A program made the translations under genes and the position numbers. The notes under the pieces are model-generated. The model had not been told where the DNA came from. It saw only the letters and a list, made by a program, of their open reading frames with translations, and made no database searches. A DNA stretch of 64,000 bases from Scyliorhinus canicula (taxonomy: Eukaryota), in assembly GCF_902713615.1 (NCBI RefSeq), contig NC_052157.1, positions 5,572,327-5,636,326 on the forward strand, written 5' to 3'. Positions 36,907 to 49,690 of the stretch are shown here, piece after piece. Positions within the stretch are counted from its first letter, which is position 1. Every line of letters starts with the position of its first letter.

Positions 36907-38144
36907 GAGTACTTGGCACATCATAACATTCAAGGTTATTGGTCAAGTGGGATTAGGTGGGCAGGTCAGGGCCTTGCATGCATTGGTGCAGACTCAATGG
37001 GCCTCTTCTGCACTGTAGTATTCTGTGACATGCACCATTTACAAAAGTTTATCCTGGGAATCAGCCAGAAGCAAGAACTATGTCATCACAGATGGCATTC
37101 AGCTCGGGGATGTTATGGTCAGCACCGGGGGGATCTGGAGTTCAGCCAAGCCAAACATCTGGTTAGATTTTAAAAGAGCTTCAAAATCTTTTCCGGGCGC
37201 TCCCTATTTTAAAAAAGTGCCACGCTGCTGATGTTAAGTGGAACTCCATCTTATTTCATCACCCAAGTTTCTAATCCATTAAGAGTATTCTGATCAAGCA
37301 TTCAACTTGCAGGACTGTATTTTGTTGACAGTCTTGTGGAGCCCACTGACGGCCTACTTGCCAACATATTCCACATAAGATGTCACTGTATAAATAATTT
37401 GCTCTATTTAAAACTTGCCAGAGAATTCTTGGCTGGCAAATAAGGTTTTGTGAGTTATAGCACGCTCAATTCAACAGTACAACTATCGTTTTCTTGCAAG
37501 ACTGAGGGCCTTTTTATGGCAAAAACATTGTCAATAAATTCTTCACAGACTTCATAGCTGTGAGAAAGCAAGAAAAATCTATTTTTAACCAATTGTCAAC
37601 CACTGAATTGAATGCCATGGGAATTCTTTGTTATGTTTACTGAGATGTTGGCAACAAGCCACCTTTGACGTTGAAATTCAGGGATAATCTTGCCTGTGGT
37701 GTTGCATTGAAACCCACAACAGGGACATTAGGCACAGCGTTCCAGCTCACTGCGTCGTCTTGTTCACCTTCCAAAAAAATGCATAATGGCAACAATAATT
37801 TTGCTGGATTCCTTCACAGCTTTTCTAACAAATGCTTTCTGTCAGCCAATTCCGCACAACATTACTCAATGTTAAACGCTCTAAAGAAAATGACAAATGT
37901 CTCTCAAATGTCCACACCAGCAGATGCTTTTTGCCATAAAGCATATTTTTAAAAAGTTGACGGTTTCCCCCCTCTAGAGGGACTGACTTATTTTCAAGGC
38001 ATTTCTCCACTAATTATTACTGTACCATGTCCCGCAGTTCAGACCACAAGGTTTTATTGTCAGATCAGTCCCAGAGGTGGGCTTCAGAGTGATGAAATAG
38101 GAAGGTTCATTTTCTTACCGATTTCCTAGGAGGCGCTAAGACAG

Positions 38145-38741
38145 TTTCAAATTCCTAGGGGTGCACATTTCCAAAAATCTGTCCTGGTCCACCCACGTCG
38201 ACACTACCACCAAGATAGCACATCAGCATCTATACTTCCTCAGGAAACAAAGGAAATTCGGCATGTCCACATTAACCCGTACCAACTTTTGGCGATGCAC
38301 CATAGAAAGCATCCTATCCGGCTGCATCACAGCCTGGTATGGTAACTGCTCGGCCCAGGACTGCAAGAAACTGATGAAAGCGGGCAGCATAATTAAAGAC
38401 CCTCCCACCCGGCTTACTCACTCTTCCAACTTCTTCCATCGGGTAGGAGATACAAAAGTCTGAGAACACGCAAACAGGCTCAAAAACAGCTTCTTCCCTG
38501 CTGTTACCAGACTCCAAAAAGACGTTCATGGACTGACCTCATTAACACAACACCCTGTATGCTTCACCCGATGCCGGTGTTATGTAGTTACATTGTATAC
38601 CTTGTGTTGCCCTATTATGTATTTTCTTTTATTCCCTTTTCTTCCCATGTACTTAATGATCTGTTGAGCTGCTCGCAGAAAAATACATTTCACTGTACCT
38701 CGGTACAAGTGACAATATACAAATCCAATCCAATCCAATCC
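38145..38741 (+). mobile_element. Rex1/Babar-type LINE 3' fragment
   Basis: FLGVHISKNLSWSTH..LYFLRK..RCTIESILSGCITAWYGNCSAQD; (ccaat)n tail. Confidence 0.78.
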
Positions 38742-39629
38742 AGATATGGCATAAAGAGGTGAAGTGTTCATTATGAACAATTGTTTCCTTGTCATGTCTG
38801 ATATATGTCTATTATATAAAATATATAGGCATACATGCACACAGTATACTGCAAGGATTTGGTGCTATTTGGCCGCTACGTTTATCTGTTAAGTCAATAC
38901 ATTAAATGACACTACACTGATGTATTAATCCAATGTAAAACTCAATGGCAGAATATAGCTTTGTGCTCACAATCCCCATGCGTTTTTTTTTTCATATCAG
39001 ATCGTCGTACTGAGCTGCAGTTGCTGGCAGTAACTTTGTCTGTGTTTACCTTCATGTAATAATTATGATTGAAAAAGAGAAAAGGTGCATTTACCCCAGA
39101 GTTTGCTCCACCACACATTGCAAATTACAAAAACTTTCCATTCAATTTTGGGGTACAGCAAGTCCCAAGAGCAACAACAGAGAGGGAGATTTAGGGTCAT
39201 TCCTTGACCATTCCATACAGGTTATTGAAAAAGTTATAAATTGCTGGACCAACTCCATTATTTCAGTAATTACAATCCCAAGGAAAACTGGTTATTGGCT
39301 CCAACAACAACATAATTCCAGTTTTAAATAAATGTACAAAAAGGGGGTTGGAAATTCAACAACGTTCATACCTCAAGTACTGAGGGATCCTAATCTGCAA
39401 ATATAAAGTTCTCAAAAGTGTAAAATAACAAGCGTCTGGCCCAGACTGCATTTTGGGATTTAGCACCTGAAAGTGCTGAAAACATCAGACTCCTACTTCG
39501 AGGTAAAGTTAATATTCCTTTAGCTCAATGATTGGCGCATGACTGAAAATTTAAACTGCAACTCTAAGTTGAGCAACTGCAAAGTTGGCTTGAATAGAAG
39601 ATCCAAGCAAAAAAAATGAGAGGCTAAAA

Positions 39630-40729
39630 TGTGTTTTACGTTTGGGGAAATTACCTGTACCAATCAGGATCAGACTTAACTTGGCCACTAGGACATGAAT
39701 ATTGAGATGAGTGATGTATTTGGTATTCTGTGCAGGTAAAGGAAGCTATGTGTATATGTTTGTGTGAGCGTGTGCGCGCATCCAGGGTTAATTAAACAAG
39801 GAGGTTACTTGAGACAGGTTGCCTGTGAGGGCTAAGAGATGAAAGATTAAAGGGGTTAGGTTGACACACTTGCACAGAGTTTATGATGAGTTTCAGTTAC
39901 AAGTCAATAGGTTGGATCAAAATTTGCATTGAGTGATAAGGGGAAACTTTTCAGCTATTGAATTTTCAAAGGGAATTCAGAGGTGACAAGGAACACTTGC
40001 ATCTTACAAAGGTTTCAGAAGTAAACTGGGGAAGAGATATTAAAATTTATTGACCTGAAAGTAGAGGCAAAAAAGAAAACATGAAAGATTTTTACATTTG
40101 GAAAAGTTGCATTCAAAGAGGGGTTTGAGGACAATGAACCCGAGATGAAAGGGAGGGGGTGGGGGAAACATTTAAAGAGGGATGATGAACCAAGTGTGAT
40201 GGCTGTGGGTAGGAAAGCCCTGAAGGCCAGCTCCTTTGTGTGCAAGCTGCTGTGCAAGTTTTGAAGTGGAGGCAGCCACCCAGTGTTACAAACAGTTTAT
40301 TTCTGAACCTCATTTTGAAATTCCACATCAGAGTGCAAGTGTTTGCGATGTTGTGCGGTTCACCTTTATTAAAGTGGCAACAATTCCTTGACTTGGGTAA
40401 TATTAACTGGATTTTAAAAGGTTAAAAATCTACAACGTGGTTGTTGCCAAGAAGGTAGTTTACTTGTGTACTTTTGACCAGGCGGGTTATTGTGAGAGTT
40501 GTTTTGTTTTAACTGTGTAACTTTAGCATTATGGGTTCAAGTATTTTTGTTCCTTTTTAATAAATCTTTTAATTTTTGACAGTTCTAAACATGTTACTAG
40601 AGCTCTATGTTTTGGAGTCAGTTACCCTTTCGGTTCATTTTCACAATAAATAAAGTTTTATGATCAACGAGACATACATCATTCTGGAGTCTAGCTTGCT
40701 CAGCAATAACATCTGCTGTGGTCATAACA
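39630..40729 (+). mobile_element. possible solo LTR
   Basis: tgt.. start, aataaa motifs near 40560-40650, ends ggtcataaca; no TSD verified. Confidence 0.35.
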
Positions 40730-40984
40730 GTATGTTTTGGGCAACTCATTAAATCCCTAGAACAAATTTCCACAGTTAAACAATCGCTTGTTTGGTCATC
40801 ATTCTCACTACGCACAAGTTTCAATTCACCAAGTTGGTTTCTTTTGCTTTGGTTACAAGCTAAATTCTAGGAGGCAATAGGAGTTGTAACATTGCCAACT
40901 TACATAAGAGTTTTAACCTGCAACAAATATTTCCTGCAACAATCATTTCACAGTTTTTTATTAATAAAATGTGCTCCTGCTTAT

Positions 40985-41317
40985 AGACATAGAACATAGA
41001 ACAGTACAGCACAGAACAAGCCCTTCGGCCCTCGATGTTGTGCCGAACAATGATCACCCCACTTAAACCCACGTAACCCGTATACCCGTAACCCAACAAT
41101 CCCCCCATTAACCTTACACTGCGGGCAATTTAGCATGGCCAATCCACCTAACCCGCACATCTTTGGACTGTGGGAGGAAACCGGAGCACCCGGAGGAAAC
41201 CCACGTGCACACAGGGAGGACGTGCAGACTCCACACAGACAGTGACCCAGCCGGGAATCGAACCTGGGACCCTGGAGCTGTGAAGCATTGATGCTAACCA
41301 CCATGCTACCGTGAGGC
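40985..41317 (-). mobile_element. young full-length V-SINE (HE1-like)
   Basis: Near-identical, in reverse complement, to 50760-51106; (gttctat)n tail. Confidence 0.9.
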
Positions 41318-41699
41318 CCTCTCTTTTTTTATAATACAAAAAAAAAAAAAATAAAGTAGATTAAGTAGATTATTTTGAAATTTTAATTGAGGTCATGTTT
41401 TGGTAATACTCAACTGCAGTACAATAAAGCAGAGTTTGCTGTCAAAGGCAATCAATATCGAGGGATTCCCCAAAAAACCAAATATGTCCAATAAATTCAG
41501 TTTCAATGCTCCATGGTGTTAGTTGGTGAAAATTAAGATTAAAAAATGAAATTTGGATAAAATAAAATGGGCAATTGATAAAGGCAGCTATCTGAAGGGG
41601 TTTTGATATACGATTAGCATACAAGTGAGAAAAGCAAGCATTTACCTATGTGACCAGGGGAAGAAATTGGGATATGGAAGAGGTAAGTTCAAAGTAGAG

Positions 41700-43192
41700 A
41701 GATGAGGAATTTGACTGACATCTTTGTATCCTCATTGGCTCCAGGTCCCAGAGGACTGGAGAATAGCTAGTGTGGTACTGCTGTTTAAGAAAGGTAGCAG
41801 GGATAATCCTGTAAACTATAGGCTGGTGAACCTCATGTCAGTAGTAGGTGAATTATTGGAGATAATTCTCAGGGACAGGATTTATACCCATTTAGAAACA
41901 AATGGACTCATAAGCGATAGACAGCATGTTTTTGTGAAGGGGAGGTTGTGCCTCACTTACTTGATCGCGTTTTTTGAGGAGGTAACAAAGATGTTTGATG
42001 AGGGGAGGATGGTTGATGTTGATTACATGGACTTCAGTAAAGCCTCTAACAAGGTGCCTCATGGCAGACTGGTACAAAAGGTGAATTCACACGGAATCAG
42101 AGGTGAGGTGGTAAGATGGATACAGGACTGGCTTGGTCACAGAAGACAAAGGGTAGTAGTAGAAGGGCATTTTTCTGAATGGAAGGTTGTGACTAGTGGC
42201 CTTCCACAGGGATCTATGAGGGGGCCTCTGTTGTTTGTAGTATACATAAATAATTTGGAAGAAAATGTAGCCGGTTTGATTAGTAAGTTTGCACATGACA
42301 CCAAGATTGGTGGAGTGGCGATAGTGTTGAGGATTGTCAGAAGATACAGCAGGACATAGATAGGTTGGAGACTTGAACAGAGAAATGGCAAATGGAGTTT
42401 AATCCGGACAAATGTGGGGTAATGCATTTTGGTAGATCTAACATAGAGAGGAAATATACAGTAAATATACAGTAAATGGTTAAACCCTTCGGATATGGAA
42501 AGTCAGAGAGATCTGGGCGTGCAGGTCCACAGATCTTTGAAGGTGGCACAAGTGGACAAGGTAGTCAAGAAAGCATACGGAATGCTTGCCTTCATCGGAC
42601 GGGGCATCGAGTATAAAAACTGGCAAGTCATGCTACAGTTGTATAGAACCTTGGTACGGTTGCATTTGGAATATTGCGCACAATTCTGGTCGCCACACTA
42701 CCAGAAGGAGGCTTTGGAGAGGGTGCAGAGGAGGTTTACCAGGATGTTTCCTGGTCTGGAGGGTTTTCGCTATGTGGAAAGGCTGAATAGACTCATACTG
42801 TATTCTTTAAAACAACAGAGGTTAAGGGGTGACCTGATAGAGGTCTACAAGATTATGAGGGGCATGGATAGAGTGGATGGGCAGGCACTCTTTCCCAGGG
42901 TGGAGGGGTCAATCACCAGGGGGCATTGGTTTAAGGTTCATGGGGAAAAATTTAGAGATGTGCAAGGCAGGTTTTTTTTCAGATGGCGAGTGCCTGCCAT
43001 GCGTTGCCAGGGGATGTTGTGGAAGCAGATACATTAATGGTGTTCAAATGGCATTTTGACCAATACATGGATAGGATGGGTATATAGGGTTACGGCACAA
43101 AGAAATGCTGAGGGTTTTGGCAAAGGTTGGTATTATGACCGGTACAGGCTTGGAGGGCCGAAGGGCCTGTTCCTGTGCTGTATTGTTCTTTG
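41700..43192 (+). mobile_element. CR1 LINE 3' part (RT region), degenerate
   Basis: VPEDWRIASV..FKKG..NYR, YMDFSKA, VTSGLPQGS..GPLLF..YIN..SKFAHDTK, LEYCAQFWSPHY; 3' tail gggccgaagggcctgttcctgtgctgtattgttctttg. Confidence 0.9.
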
Positions 43193-43751
43193 ACGCTTAT
43201 ATGCTAAAAGCCAGGTTTAAAGGGTGGGTAATATTAAAGGAAAGAATGATTTATCCACAATAACTGGAGAAAGGGACACAGTAACAGCAGCTGCCATCGC
43301 AGCCACACCCAGCTGAAGAAACCAGTCTCCTGAAAACAGGTTATTGCTGAAAGGGCAGCCAGCAGGTTAAGATGTAAAACTCAAACCGAGAAGATTACAC
43401 CTTTGCTGAAATTGAAGACTGTTTCCACAAATGTTGGCAAATAACCAGTGTGTGGTAATCATTTGCTGGACTTAACTCAGTGTTATACAATTTTGGATGT
43501 TGTTTGGGAACATGGGGCGTCTCAAGAGTTCAGAAAACGTAGGTAGTTGGGGACAAAGGAGTGCCCATGTAATACTGTGTGTGTATAGCCATCGACATAG
43601 TTAGGTGTACTGTTGTTGTATATTGTAGTCCTTCTCGTCATGTTTTTTTCTTTTAAGTTAATAATTATTCTTTATTAATTGATCACAAAATGACTGAACT
43701 TTTCCTCCCTGGTTTGTACGTCTTTTCTCGGTACACAACATTGAAAATATG

Positions 43752-43976
43752 AGGGCAGCACGGTGGCCTAGTGGTTAGCACAACCGCCTCACGGCGCTGA
43801 GGTCCCAGGTTCGATCCTGGCTCTGGGTCACTGTCTGTGTGGAGTTTGCACATTCTCCCCGTGTCTGCGTGGGTTTCGCCCCCACAACCCAAAAATGTGC
43901 AGAGTAGGTGGATTGACCACACTAAATTGCCCCTTAATTGGAAAAAATAATTGGCTAATCTAAATTTATTAAAAAA
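43752..43976 (+). mobile_element. V-SINE, short A/T-tailed variant with TSD
   Basis: Perfect 15-bp TSD aacattgaaaatatg at 43737-43751 and 43977-43991. Confidence 0.9.
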
Positions 43977-44261
43977 AACATTGAAAATATGCACCACTAA
44001 GAACCGGTGTTCCAAGTAACCCTTCTGGGTTTTGGTAAACTCTCGCATTTAACATCAGCGGGGATATTTGCAACTTGATTTAAACTATAATAGACATATA
44101 GTCTCTAAGTTTCAAATGTAAATATACACGTTTGCGTACACGTGTAAGCTCTTGGTGTGGTGATGGGAAGGAAAGGAAATTACCCATTATTTTGAAATCA
44201 GGAGAGAAAATTGGACGTGAATATGTTTTCTGTGCTGCATGTGTAGAAAATGACCATAAAG

Positions 44262-44765
44262 TCAGAAGTGAAGATGTTCACTGATGATTGCACAATGTAC
44301 ATCGCCATTCATGACTTAGATCCTGAAACAGTCCTTGCCCAAACTCCTGAATCACCTGGACAATATTCAGGGCTGGTCTGATAATTGGCAAATAACACTC
44401 ATGCCACACAAGTGCCAGGCAATGACCATCTCCAACGAGAAAATCCATTCTTCTCCCCATGACATTCAAGTACCTTCCTCTACCACCTAGAAGGACAATG
44501 GCAGCAGATACAAGACAGCGCCACCACTGCAGGTTCCCCTCCAGGCCACTCACCATCGGGACTTGGAATTATATCACCATTCCATCACTGTCCCTGGGTC
44601 AAAATCCTGAAACTCTTCTCCTAACAGCACTGTGGGTGTACCTACACCACATGATCTGCAGCGGTTCAAGAAGGCAGTTCACCACCACCTTCTCAAAGGC
44701 AATTAGGGATGGGGAATTATGTCCGCCCAGCCAATGATGTCCACATCCTCTGAATAAATTGTTAA
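44262..44765 (+). mobile_element. CR1/L2-group LINE ('family B') fragment
   Basis: gttcactgatgattgcaca (FADD-like) and the family B 3' terminus. Confidence 0.7.
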
Positions 44766-44769
44766 AAAG

Positions 44770-45005
44770 TGGGCGGCATGGTGGTGCAGTGGTTAGCACT
44801 GTTGCGTCATGGCACTGAGGACCCGGGTTTGATCCCGGCTCCGGGTCACTGACCGTGTGGAGTTTGCACATTCTCCCCCATTTCTGCATGGGTCTCACAC
44901 GCACAACCCAAAGATGTGCGCGGTAGGTGGATTGGCCACGCTAAATTTCCCCTTAATTGGAAAAAAATTGGAAAAAATTATAATGGGGCACTTTAAATTT
45001 ATTTT
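44770..45005 (+). mobile_element. V-SINE, short A/T-tailed variant
   Basis: Head and core plus ttaattgg..cactttaaattt tail. Confidence 0.82.
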
Positions 45006-45642
45006 AGAAAAGCAATGAAATAATGATCAGTTAATCAGATATCTTGAGCTTCGTTTGAAGGATGAATGTGGCCAGGTCACCAGAAATATTCTACTCCTCC
45101 CACAATTAGACAAATGCAAATTTTAGCTCTCCTCATAACGGAGAGAATCTATGCCATGTACTCTGTGCAAACAGAGTTATGATTGACGGGAAACCTTCCA
45201 CCAACTTCCTTGGAAGATGGAGATTCTAGTTTTGTGGCTGAGTCTAGAAGCTGGAGTGAAGCTGCCCAAATTAACTTATCACACAACACCGATATTGTGT
45301 TCTGCTAAGATTCTTTCAAATCCTAAATAAATTGCCAATAAGGATAGCAAGTTACAATGATACACCTTAAAAACATAAAACATAACATAAGCAGGAGAAA
45401 GTAATTCAGCCCTCAAGCTTGCTCTACCATCCCAAAAGATCATGAACTTTGGCGGTTCAAGAAGGTGGCTCACCATCACTTTCAGGCCAATTATTGATGG
45501 GCAATAAACTCTGGCCTAACCAGCAACGCCTGCATTCCATGAATAAATAAATTTAAAAATATTTCATTAGCTAACTTTATGAAGCTTTGCCCACATCTGC
45601 ACGAGCTACGATCCCAACAGTTACCCCAGGTTATTAATCGCA

Positions 45643-46217
45643 TGGGCGGGAGCGGGGTGTGTGGGCAGGAGTGGGGCGTGTGCGAAGGAGTGGGTGGGAG
45701 GAGAGAATATGAGGGAAGGGAACAGGGTGTGAGGGAGAGAGAGGGGTATTGTGAGGGGGGCATAAGGATGGGGATGTGAGGGAGAAGGGTGTGTGGGAGA
45801 GATGGGGTGCGTGAGAGAGAGGGGGTTAGGGAGGGGAGTGATGGAAAATGGGGTGAGGGAGGGGTTGTGAGGGAGAAGGGGTTGGGGGAGATGAGAGAGC
45901 AGGGTGAGGCAAGGAGGTAAGGGGTGGGAGGGATGTAAGACTGGATGGGGAAAGAGATAAGAGAGAGGGGTTGAGCAAGAGGGGGTAAGTGAGAGGGTGG
46001 GGATGAGGGAGAGCCTGGGGGATGGATGCAGATGAGATAGAGACGGCGTGTGTGGGATGGTGATGAGAATGAGGGGCATGAAAGGGGGTATGATGGAGGT
46101 TGAGGGGAGGGGAATGAGAGAGGTGTGGGCTGAAGGAGGGTGCTCTTTCCAAGAGCCGGTGCAGACTCGATGGGCCAAATGACCTCCTTTTGCACTGTGG
46201 AGTCTATGATTCTATGA
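45643..46217 (+). repeat. G/A-rich low-complexity tract fused to a SINE/CR1-type 3' tail
   Basis: About 490 nt strongly C-depleted, followed by gggtgctctttccaagagccggtgcagactcgatgggcc..ctatgattctatga. Confidence 0.75.
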
Positions 46218-47187
46218 ATGGTAGCACTCTAGCTGAACAGCCGAGAGAATTCAGATCCCTGGAAAGCTTTTCCTTCAAATCTAGGTTATGTATTCTATAG
46301 ATTACAGTAGCACCAAATTTATCCCAAGTGTTTCTAAATTGAAGAGTGCAAGTCATTCTTTAGAAGCTGAAAGGGTCATCCCAGGAGGCAGTAAAAATAT
46401 CAGGTGGCCAATTGATGGCTGCAGATTTACTGCCAACATTTTCTCTTTTGCATCGGCTGGAGTTCAGTTGTAACAACAGGGAAACTATTTCTGTGCACAT
46501 TCTTATCATGATTTTATTATGCTGAACATGTAAAAAAAAAAAAATCTTGGTTCATCTTCAACTGAACTATGGTTTTCAATTCTGGGCACCACACTATGGG
46601 AAGGGTGTGAAGGCATTTGGGGACGGTATAGAAAATATTCACAGGAACGGTCCAAAGAACGTAGAACTTTAGCCATGCAGATAGATTGGAGAAGCTAGGG
46701 CTTTTCTCCTGAAGAACAGAAGATTAAGTGGACACTTAATGACATTTTTGAAACTCATGAGGTGTCTGGACGGAGTAAATAGGCAGAATTTGGTCCTGTT
46801 GGCTAAAGGGTTGAGAAACAGAGAACGCGGATTTAGCACGATTGGAACAAGAAACAATAGCAACATGCAAAAAGGGAGGCAGATTCTCTAGAGGCCTTCA
46901 AAAAAGAATTGGATAATTATTTGTGGAAAAAAATTACAGGGCTATGGGGAAAATACAAGGGAGTGGAACCCAGCACAATAAACAGAATAGGCACCTTCTG
47001 TGCTGTAACCGCTCTAAGATTCTATTTGCTTCTGCCCGGGATCTGATTATTTTCAATTCTTCACCTCCAGCGTACACGTGACAATAAACAAATCCAAATA
47101 AAGAACTGCTGCAGAATCTTTGATTTATTGCAGCTTCTATTCCCAACACAATGCAGATCAACTAGGTGACAAATTACATAGACTCAC

Positions 47188-47295
47188 AGACAGTAGGCAT
47201 TTCTGGAATTCCTGAAATTTCAACTTTGCTTCTTGGTAATTTTTGTGTTCTGTGCACATTTCGTACATCTCCAGCATGTAGACCCAGGGGCATTC
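47188..47295 (-). CDS. SPG11: spatacsin coding exon (approx. human exon 27)
   Basis: Not in ORF track. Reads ECPWVYMLEMYEMCTEHKNYQEAKLKFQEFQKCLLS (cf. DSPLLLVMEMYELCMFFRNYKEAEAKLLEFQKSLET); poly-T tract plus aag acceptor, TCT|gtgagt donor; 108 nt. Confidence 0.92.
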
Positions 47296-47908
47296 CTTAC
47301 AAAAAAAAACGTTCAGGATAAAGTGATGTGCAGACCATTTTTTTTTTTTGTCAAAGATTTACAGCAGTGGTCGGTGAGTTCAGTTACAACAATGGAATCA
47401 TATTTTGGCACCCCTTTCAATATTAGCACTGTAAGTGTTCTCGATTAACCTTTCCGTAGAATGCAGTCTGCAAAATCACAGCAACACCAAGTAAAATGAT
47501 CAGTTAAGCCTTTATTTCTTGGTGATATTTACAAAGGGCAGAATGTTGCTCTAAGAACTCTCTGCGTTTCTTCAACATGGTTCTTGAACCATTAACATTC
47601 TCTCCAATGGGCAGACAGAATCCTGGTTTGGTGAGAACAACACCTTCAACAACGCAGTGTCACACTTTAAATGCTAGCCTTAATTCTGAGGCCCAGAGTT
47701 TTCACTATAATGGAGAGGCTCTCCGTCATATCATTTAATTTAGATAAGTGTGAGGTGATGCATTTTGGTAGATCGAATCGGGGCAGGACCTATCCCTCCC
47801 ATAAAAGAACCTTGATGGTTTGAGTTATAAGGAGGCTGGATAGACTGGGACTTTTTTCCCTGGAGTGTAGGAGACTTAGGGGTGATCTTAAATAGGTCTA
47901 TAAAATAA

Positions 47909-48127
47909 TGATGTGGAGATGCCGGCGTTGGACTGCGGTGAGTACAGTAAGAAGTCTTACAACACCAGGTTAAAGTCTAACATGTTTGTTTCAAACACTA
48001 GCTTTCGGAGCACTGCTCCTTCCTCAGGTGAATGAATTCATTCACCCTAGGAAAGAGCAGTGCTCCAAAAGCTAGTGTTTGAAACAAACATGTTGGACTT
48101 TAACCTGGTGTTATAAGACTTCTTACT
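47909..48127 (-). mobile_element. Penelope-type fold-back element inserted in a CR1 fragment
   Basis: Near-perfect 182-bp palindrome 47946-48127 centred on gaattc (48034-48039) plus an unpaired tail; flanking direct repeat ctataaaataatga (47898-47911, 48126-48139). Confidence 0.82.
47990..48036 (-). ncRNA. putative minimal type-I hammerhead ribozyme
   Basis: Minus strand: UUCAUUCAC-CUGAGGA-A-GGAGC-AGU-GCUCC-GAA-AGCU-A-GUGUUUGAA. CUGANGA and GAAA core, 5-bp stem II, palindromic AGCU stem III, CUA cleavage triplet, stem I CAC/GUG plus UUCA/UGAA. Confidence 0.7.
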
Positions 48128-48282
48128 ATAAAATAATGAATGGCATAGACAAGGTAGATAATCAACATCTTTTCGGAGGGCATAGGTTTAAGGTGAGAGG
48201 CGAGAGATACAAAAGGGTCCAGAGGGGCAGTTTTTTTCACATAGTTGAGTGACTGGAACGAGCTGCCAGAGGCAGCAGTAGA

Positions 48283-49690
48283 ACTTTGTGTCCCCTGCAA
48301 ATCTGGAGATATGACATTTTTTCCCCCTCGTCTAAATCATTAATATATATTGTGAATAGCTGGGATCCCAGGGCCGAATCCTGCGGTACCCCACTAGTCA
48401 CTGACTTCCAATTTGAAAAAGTCCTGTTAATTCCTTTGCTTTGTTTCCTGTCTGCCAATCAGTTTTCTATCCATCTCAATACACTACTCCTAATCCCATG
48501 TGCTTTAATTTTACATGCTAAGCTCTTACGCGGGACTTTGTCAAAAGCCTTCTGAAAGTCTAAATATGCCACATCCACTGGCTTCCCCTCATCACCTCTA
48601 CTCTTTACATCCTCAAAGAATTCCAGTAGATTTGTCAAGGATGATTTCCATTCATAAATCCGTGCTGACTCTGTATGATCCTGCCACTGTTTTCCAAGTG
48701 CTCTACTATAAAATCTTTGATAATGGAATCCAGAAATTTCCCCGCTAACGACATCAGGCTTACTGGTCTATAAATCCCTGTTTTCTCTCAACTTCCCTTT
48801 TTGAATATTGGAGTGATATTAGCTACCCTCCAAATGTAGGAACTGTTTCAGAGTCTGTAGAATCCTGGAAGATGACCACCAATGCATCCACTATTTCTAA
48901 AGTGGCTTCCTTAAATATCCTGGGATGTAGATTATCAAGCTCTGGGAAATTATCAGCATTCAATCCCATCAATTTCCTCAACACCATCTCTCTACTAATA
49001 CTGATCTTCAGTTCCTCCTTCTCACTTAACCCTGGGTTCTCCACATTTCTGGTATTTTTTTGCGAAGACAGAACCAAAGTATGTATTTAATTGTTCGGCC
49101 ATTTATTTGTGCATTATAAATTCCCCTGTTTCCGGACGGCATGGTGGCGCAGTGCTTAGCACTGCTGCCTCATGGTGCCGAGGACCCAGGTTTGATCCCG
49201 GCCCCAGGTTACCGTCCATGTGGAGTTTGTACATTCTCCCCTTGTCTGCTCAAGTGTCACCCCCACAACCCAAAGATGTGCAGGGTAGGTGGATTGGCCA
49301 GGCTAAATTGCCCTTAAATGGGAAAAAAAAAGAATTGGGCACTTTAAATTTATAAACCTAAATAAATAAATTCCTCTGTTTCTGACTGCAAGGGACACAT
49401 TGTCTTCACCAATCTTTTTCTCTTCACATACCTATAGAAACATTTACAGTTATGTTCTCTGCTAAGCTTACTCCCGTACTCCATTTTCCCCTTCTTAATC
49501 AATCCCTTGGTCCTTCTTTGCTGAATTCTAAACTGCTCCCAATCCTCAGATCTGTTGTTTTTCTTGGCCAATTTGTAAGCTTCTTCCTTGGATCGAATAC
49601 TATCCCTAATTTCCCTTGCAAGCCATGATTAGCCACCTTTTCCGTTTTACTTTTGTGCCAGACAGAATTAAACAATTGTTGCAGTTCCAA
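48283..49690 (-). mobile_element. CR1 LINE internal ORF2 fragment, interrupted by a SINE
   Basis: [57 protein letters not shown]. Confidence 0.85.
49133..49365 (+). mobile_element. V-SINE, short A/T-tailed variant with TSD
   Basis: TSD ataaattcc(c/t)ctgtttc at 49116-49132 and 49366-49382. Confidence 0.85.

Larger units (their letters stand above)
32071..37028 (+). mobile_element. 5'-truncated CR1 LINE hosting nested insertions
   Basis: ENPKIFYKYI, SPGPD, QQGFVRGRS.LTNLIEFFE, YMDFSKAFD before 32977; resumes ENVGGRISKFA..LQEDID..FNPEKC, LVRSQLEYCVQFWSPHY after 35708. Confidence 0.9.

Noticed and set aside
45491-46195. 234-aa and 185-aa Pro/Ser/Leu-rich ORFs
   Set aside because: Translations of a pyrimidine-rich low-complexity strand.
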